Position numbers and translations under genes: made by a program. A DNA stretch of 64,000 bases from Octopus sinensis (taxonomy: Eukaryota): the NCBI RefSeq assembly GCF_006345805.1, contig NC_043000.1, forward strand, positions 118,358,001-118,422,000. Direction: 5' to 3'. Shown in pieces: positions 12,336 to 64,000 of this stretch; position 1 is the stretch's first letter, and each line of letters starts with the position of its first letter. The notes beneath the pieces were generated by a model. The model had not been told where the DNA came from and made no database searches. It worked only from the letters and a program-made list of their open reading frames with translations.

Positions 12336-12720
12336 AGGCGCAACCAACCATTTGATTCCAGGTTCATTCCGGGTTCATTCTCACTGCGTGGCACCTTGGG
12401 CATGTGTCTTCTACTATAGCCTCGGGCCGACCAAAGCCTTGTGAGTGGATTTGGTAGACGGAAACTGAAAGAAGCCCGTCGTATATATGTATATATATAT
12501 GTGTATGTGTGTGTATATGTTTGTATGTTGGTGTTTGTCACCCCAACATCGCTTGATAACCGATGCTGGTGTGTTTGCTTCCCCGTAAACTAGCGGTTCG
12601 GCAAAAAGGACCGATAGAATGAGTACTAGGGTCGATTTGCTCGACTAAAGGCGGTGTTCCAGCATGGCCGCAGTCAAATGACTGAAACGCGTAAATGAGA
12701 GTAAAAGAAAAAGAAAGAGA
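12336..12720 (+). mobile_element. SINE family B
   Basis: Matches the family B body and tail. Confidence 0.88.
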
Positions 12721-13639
12721 GTAATATATGCGTGTGTGTATGTATGTATATATATATATGGATATATATATATATCTATATACAGTTATGTATATATATG
12801 TATGTATGCATATATATATATATATATAATATATATATATATATATTTATGTATATATATGTATGTATGTATATATTTATATATTTATATATATATATGT
12901 AATTGTATATATATTTTCATATGTATATATATATGTAGCTATATATTTGTATGTATATACATATATATACGTGTTTATAAAGAGAGGCATGTATTTATAC
13001 ACATAGGGAACTGTTCCGCGATGGTAAGATTAACAGAAATCCTGAGAATTGTATAAAGGCCTTAAAAAGGCTGTCTGAGATGTTTTCATCGCATTAAACT
13101 ATTAGGAGCTCATAATACACACACACACACACATGAATCAATGAATGTATCTATCTATATCTGTATTTCTATCTTGGATATGTAATATACTCTCTAACCA
13201 AAATAATTTAACCCTCGCTCTGAATAAATCATTTATAAAAATAGAAAAAAATATGAAAAATATCAAATTCCTATCTAACGAAAATAAAATTACAGTTGAA
13301 CACTGTACAAGATATGCACAATACAATATATAATATCAACTGTTGCATATTGCAATAATGTGAAATATAGGCTTCAAATTTTTGGCACAAGGCCTGCAAT
13401 TCAGAGGGTGTGAGGAATTTATTACATCGACCCCAGAGCTTAACTGGTACTTTGTCGACCCTGAAAGGATAAAGGATAAAGTTGACCACCGCAGATTTTA
13501 AAATCAGAATGTAAAGACGGACGAAATGTCGCAAAGCATTTTGACCGGCACGGCGACGATTCTGCCAGCTCACCGCCTTTATCTGAATCGTTACTGTTAA
13601 TTGGAATTTAGCATTAATTGAATATCTTGAAAATCCTAT

Positions 13640-13859
13640 ACTCTTTACTGTTTTACTCTTACTTGTTTCAGTCATTTGACTGCGGCCATGCTGGAGCACC
13701 GCCTTTAGTCGAGTAAATCGACCCCAGGACTTATTTTTTTGTAAGCCTAGTACTTATTCAATCAGTCTCCTTTGCCAAACCGCCAAGTTACGGGTACTAA
13801 AACACACCAGCATCGGTTGTCAAGCGATGATGGGGTGACAAACACAGACACACAAACAT

Positions 13860-13910
<51 letters not shown>

Positions 13911-13915
13911 CCCCC

Positions 13916-13949
<34 letters not shown>

Positions 13950-14074
13950 CGACGGGCTTCTTTCAGTTTCCGTCTACCAAATCCACTCATAAGGTTTCGG
14001 TCGGCCTGAGGGACTGAACCCGGAACCATGTGGTTGGTAAGCAAGCTACTTACCACACAGCCACACCTTCGCCT
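13640..14074 (-). mobile_element. SINE family B (internal deletion)
   Basis: Reverse copy lacking part of the core. Confidence 0.88.
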
Positions 14075-15066
14075 ATCATAAATTTTAGCGTAAGTATTGA
14101 TTGTGAAGTACATGGCCGAATGGATGGATCGTAGTTTCGATTCTCAGACCGGGCAGTGTGTTGTATTCTTGAACAAAGCACTTCATTTTACGTTCCTCCA
14201 GTTCACTCAGTGGTAAATGAATAAATCAACGATGGACTGCGGGGGAATATTTTGACCTCGGTTACTTGTACGCCTTAGAAACCTTAGAATATCAAGGTGA
14301 TGATGACGATGGCGATGATGATCGCGAATATCAATATTAATAGAAAATTGCCAAATAGAAAAAAACTTGAGGGGCAGGTGATGGGATTAAAGTGCTCTTG
14401 TGAAGTATGTAAGTAAGTTGTTTGACGGGTTATAGGTCGGTGTCGTAGAGAAAGTAATGATACAGAAGACGAACAAACGGCGGTCGTTGTATTGATTGAT
14501 ATTTGAAGACCGGTAAAAGTGCTTTAACATAATGCTTCAAAATATTTCAACGAAATATTTCACAGATGTCATATTTTAAGTGCTAGTTTTAACAACAATA
14601 CGGATATAATTAACATGAAGTGCTACTTCTAATTTTATTGCATATCTTGTTATTTAATTGCCATCTCCATGGAAAGCGAATCTTTGATATACAACCCAGC
14701 TTTTACAAATTTTCGGTATAGTATGAATCAAGTTAGAGTATATGTTCCTGTATTATTCGAAATTACTTACAAATCTAATTTATTTGCTAAAAAATATAAC
14801 ATGCAAAATTCTAATGTTTCTAAAAAAAAAAACCAAAAATAAGAACGAAGATATTAAAAATTACATGCTGCATAGAAGCCGCTTAGATATTGTTTGAAAG
14901 TACGAAGAGAAATAATTTAGATTAATCAGATGGCACTCACTTCCATATTAAATAAGACATGAAACATTATCTGAAGCAATTAATGATTTTTCACTTGAAA
15001 GCAGTGTTGAAAATATTTTAATAAATATAATTTAATGAAGTTTCTGAATTAAATGCTCCGATCCTG

Positions 15067-15479
15067 GGAACTTTTCGGTTTGACCGGCAGTTTTTAACAT
15101 AATTTCTAGGTAACTAAAAATTTTAAACTTCGTATACTGGTAGAATGTGTTTATAAAACATCTTTTTCTCTTTGCTTTATTGAGAAAATTCTAAAGTTTG
15201 TAAGATATTTGGGTTTTTTTCTTCAATTTCTGCAATTTCAACCAATCAGTGACGTGTATTGAGGAAAAAAACATTCTGTGCCGTATGAATATGTCCCTCG
15301 TTTAAGAAACAGATTGGGTTTATTTACATTTGTGAAGAAAAAAGATACCCTTCTCCCCACCCCTAACCCTAACCCTAAAACAGATTGAAATGCAATAGAT
15401 CGATACTAGGGTCATAATTATGGGTGACAATTTCATATGACACCGCTAGAAAAAACTGCCGTTCAAACCGAAAAGATCC
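15067..15479 (+). mobile_element. Merlin-like MITE, copy 2
   Basis: Same family; GG...CC ends; perfect 8-bp TSD CGATCCTG (15059-15066 and 15480-15487); 3 CCCTAA units. Confidence 0.85.
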
Positions 15480-15780
15480 CGATCCTGCACTCGTTTCAGG
15501 CCTCTCTCTGTTATACATACATCGACACACAAGTAATTAAATGTACACATATACTCACGTACACACGTATATATTTGTTTATCCGTTTGTGTATGCGCGC
15601 GTATGGTGTAAGTGTGTGTGTGTGTTTGTATGTTGGTCATATTATTTACTTCATTTTTATATTGCAGGAATACTCAGCCATTGCTAGCGATATGAATGAA
15701 AATACAGATGCCATATCAAAGAAGTTTATAATATTCAGCATTGAAGAAAATACGCCATGATATTTCCCTAATGCTATAAA

Positions 15781-62979
<47,199 letters not shown>

Positions 62980-63333
62980 GTAAGTATTGATTGAGATACA
63001 TTGATATTTGTATGTATAAATGTGCGTGTGTGTGCGTGTGTAACGCACAAACAAAAGCTGTGTGCTTGTACGTGTGTGGAACTGTGTTTATGTAGTTGTG
63101 TGTATGCGTGAACAAGAGTCCGTGTATGTTATCTGTTACGTTATTACATTCCCTCAAGGGTTTCGGTGTTGTTATTGCGGGAGAACATAAACTATTATTA
63201 CACCAGTGAAAGGATAAAGCGGAAAGGAGATTGCAGGGGCATTGCTATGCAAATAGTTCACAAATTGTCGATTGTTGAAATAATGATTTCAGCCGTATTA
63301 TAATGGTGGGCCTAAGATCAACAATATTTGTAG

Positions 63334-63742
63334 CGAGCTGGCAGAATCGTTAGCACGCGGGGCAAAATGCTTAGCGGTATTTCGTATGCCACTACGTTCT
63401 GAGTTCAAATTCCGCCGAGGTCGACTTTGCCTTTCATCCTTTCGGGGTCGATTAAATAAGTACCAGTTACGCACTGGTGTCGACGTAATCGACTTAATCC
63501 CTTTGTCTGTCCTTGATCGTCCCTCTCTGTGTAGCTCCTTGTGGGTAGTAAAGAAATAGGTATTTCATCTGCCGCTACGTTCTGAGTTCAAATTCCGTCG
63601 AGGTCGATTTTGCCTTTTATCCTTTCGGGGTCGATTAAATAAGTACCAGTTACGCATTGGAGTCGATGTAATCGACTTACTCTCTTTGTCTGTCCTTGTT
63701 TGTCTCCTCTATGTTTAGCCCCTTGTGGGCAATAAAAAAGTA
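63334..63742 (+). mobile_element. SINE family A dimer
   Basis: Two units; TSD AAT(A/G)TTTGTAG. Confidence 0.88.
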
Positions 63743-64000
63743 AATGTTTGTAGTTATATTAGGAAAAGCAGCCTTACATTCGTATGTTGGGTTAATTTAT
63801 CTACACGAGGCCGTTTGCTTCCGTAATGTAATACAAGCGCTTTTGAGGGTAAATATTATGTAGGGGACGTAACTCGAGTATCTTGCTGCTTTATTGTTTC
63901 CCTTTAGTTGATTAGATCCCATATTATTTTTATGGCAGTTATGTTGAGTTGCCAGATAAATTATTCTACTCTCTTTTGTTTTATTTTGTTTTGCTAATGG

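Noticed and set aside
15437-15760. 107-aa ORF as a coding exon
   Set aside because: It starts in the MITE TIR, crosses intronic repeats and is out of frame with the SLCO start.
63000-64000. Final SLCO exon (rest of TM11 and TM12)
   Set aside because: No G.IPGP..FG...D..C motif is present; the region holds a SINE dimer and AT-rich intron, so the exon lies beyond the window.

Overview
AT-rich, microsatellite- and transposon-dense eukaryotic genomic DNA. The SINE families and repeat landscape look like a coleoid cephalopod, most likely Octopus; this is inferred from recalled repeat consensus, not from a search. One protein-coding gene spans most of the window on the + strand: an OATP/SLCO organic anion transporter (SLCO4-like). 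Ten coding exons (15781-62979) were reconstructed by hand with GT-AG sites and consistent phases. They give 688 codons covering TM1 to the start of TM11, including the Kazal-like loop, and the last exon(s) lie beyond the window. Candidate non-coding 5' exons, including a 12-nt microexon, lie at about 7.9-8.4 kb. The introns hold four tRNA-derived SINE families, microsatellite-associated LINE fragments (Tx1-like in (GATA)n, R4/Dong-like in (AAT)n), CR1-like, RTE and Penelope-like remnants, Helitron/Helentron elements, Merlin-, pogo- and piggyBac-like MITEs, and a probable solo LTR. The most notable observations are: about eight minimal hammerhead-ribozyme motifs (one attached to a tRNA-like Pol III head), several long foldback palindromes, convergent SINE pairs next to an exon whose OATP signature Arg is encoded as CAG (a possible Q/R edit site), and a transporter with unusual Arg/His gains in its membrane helices.
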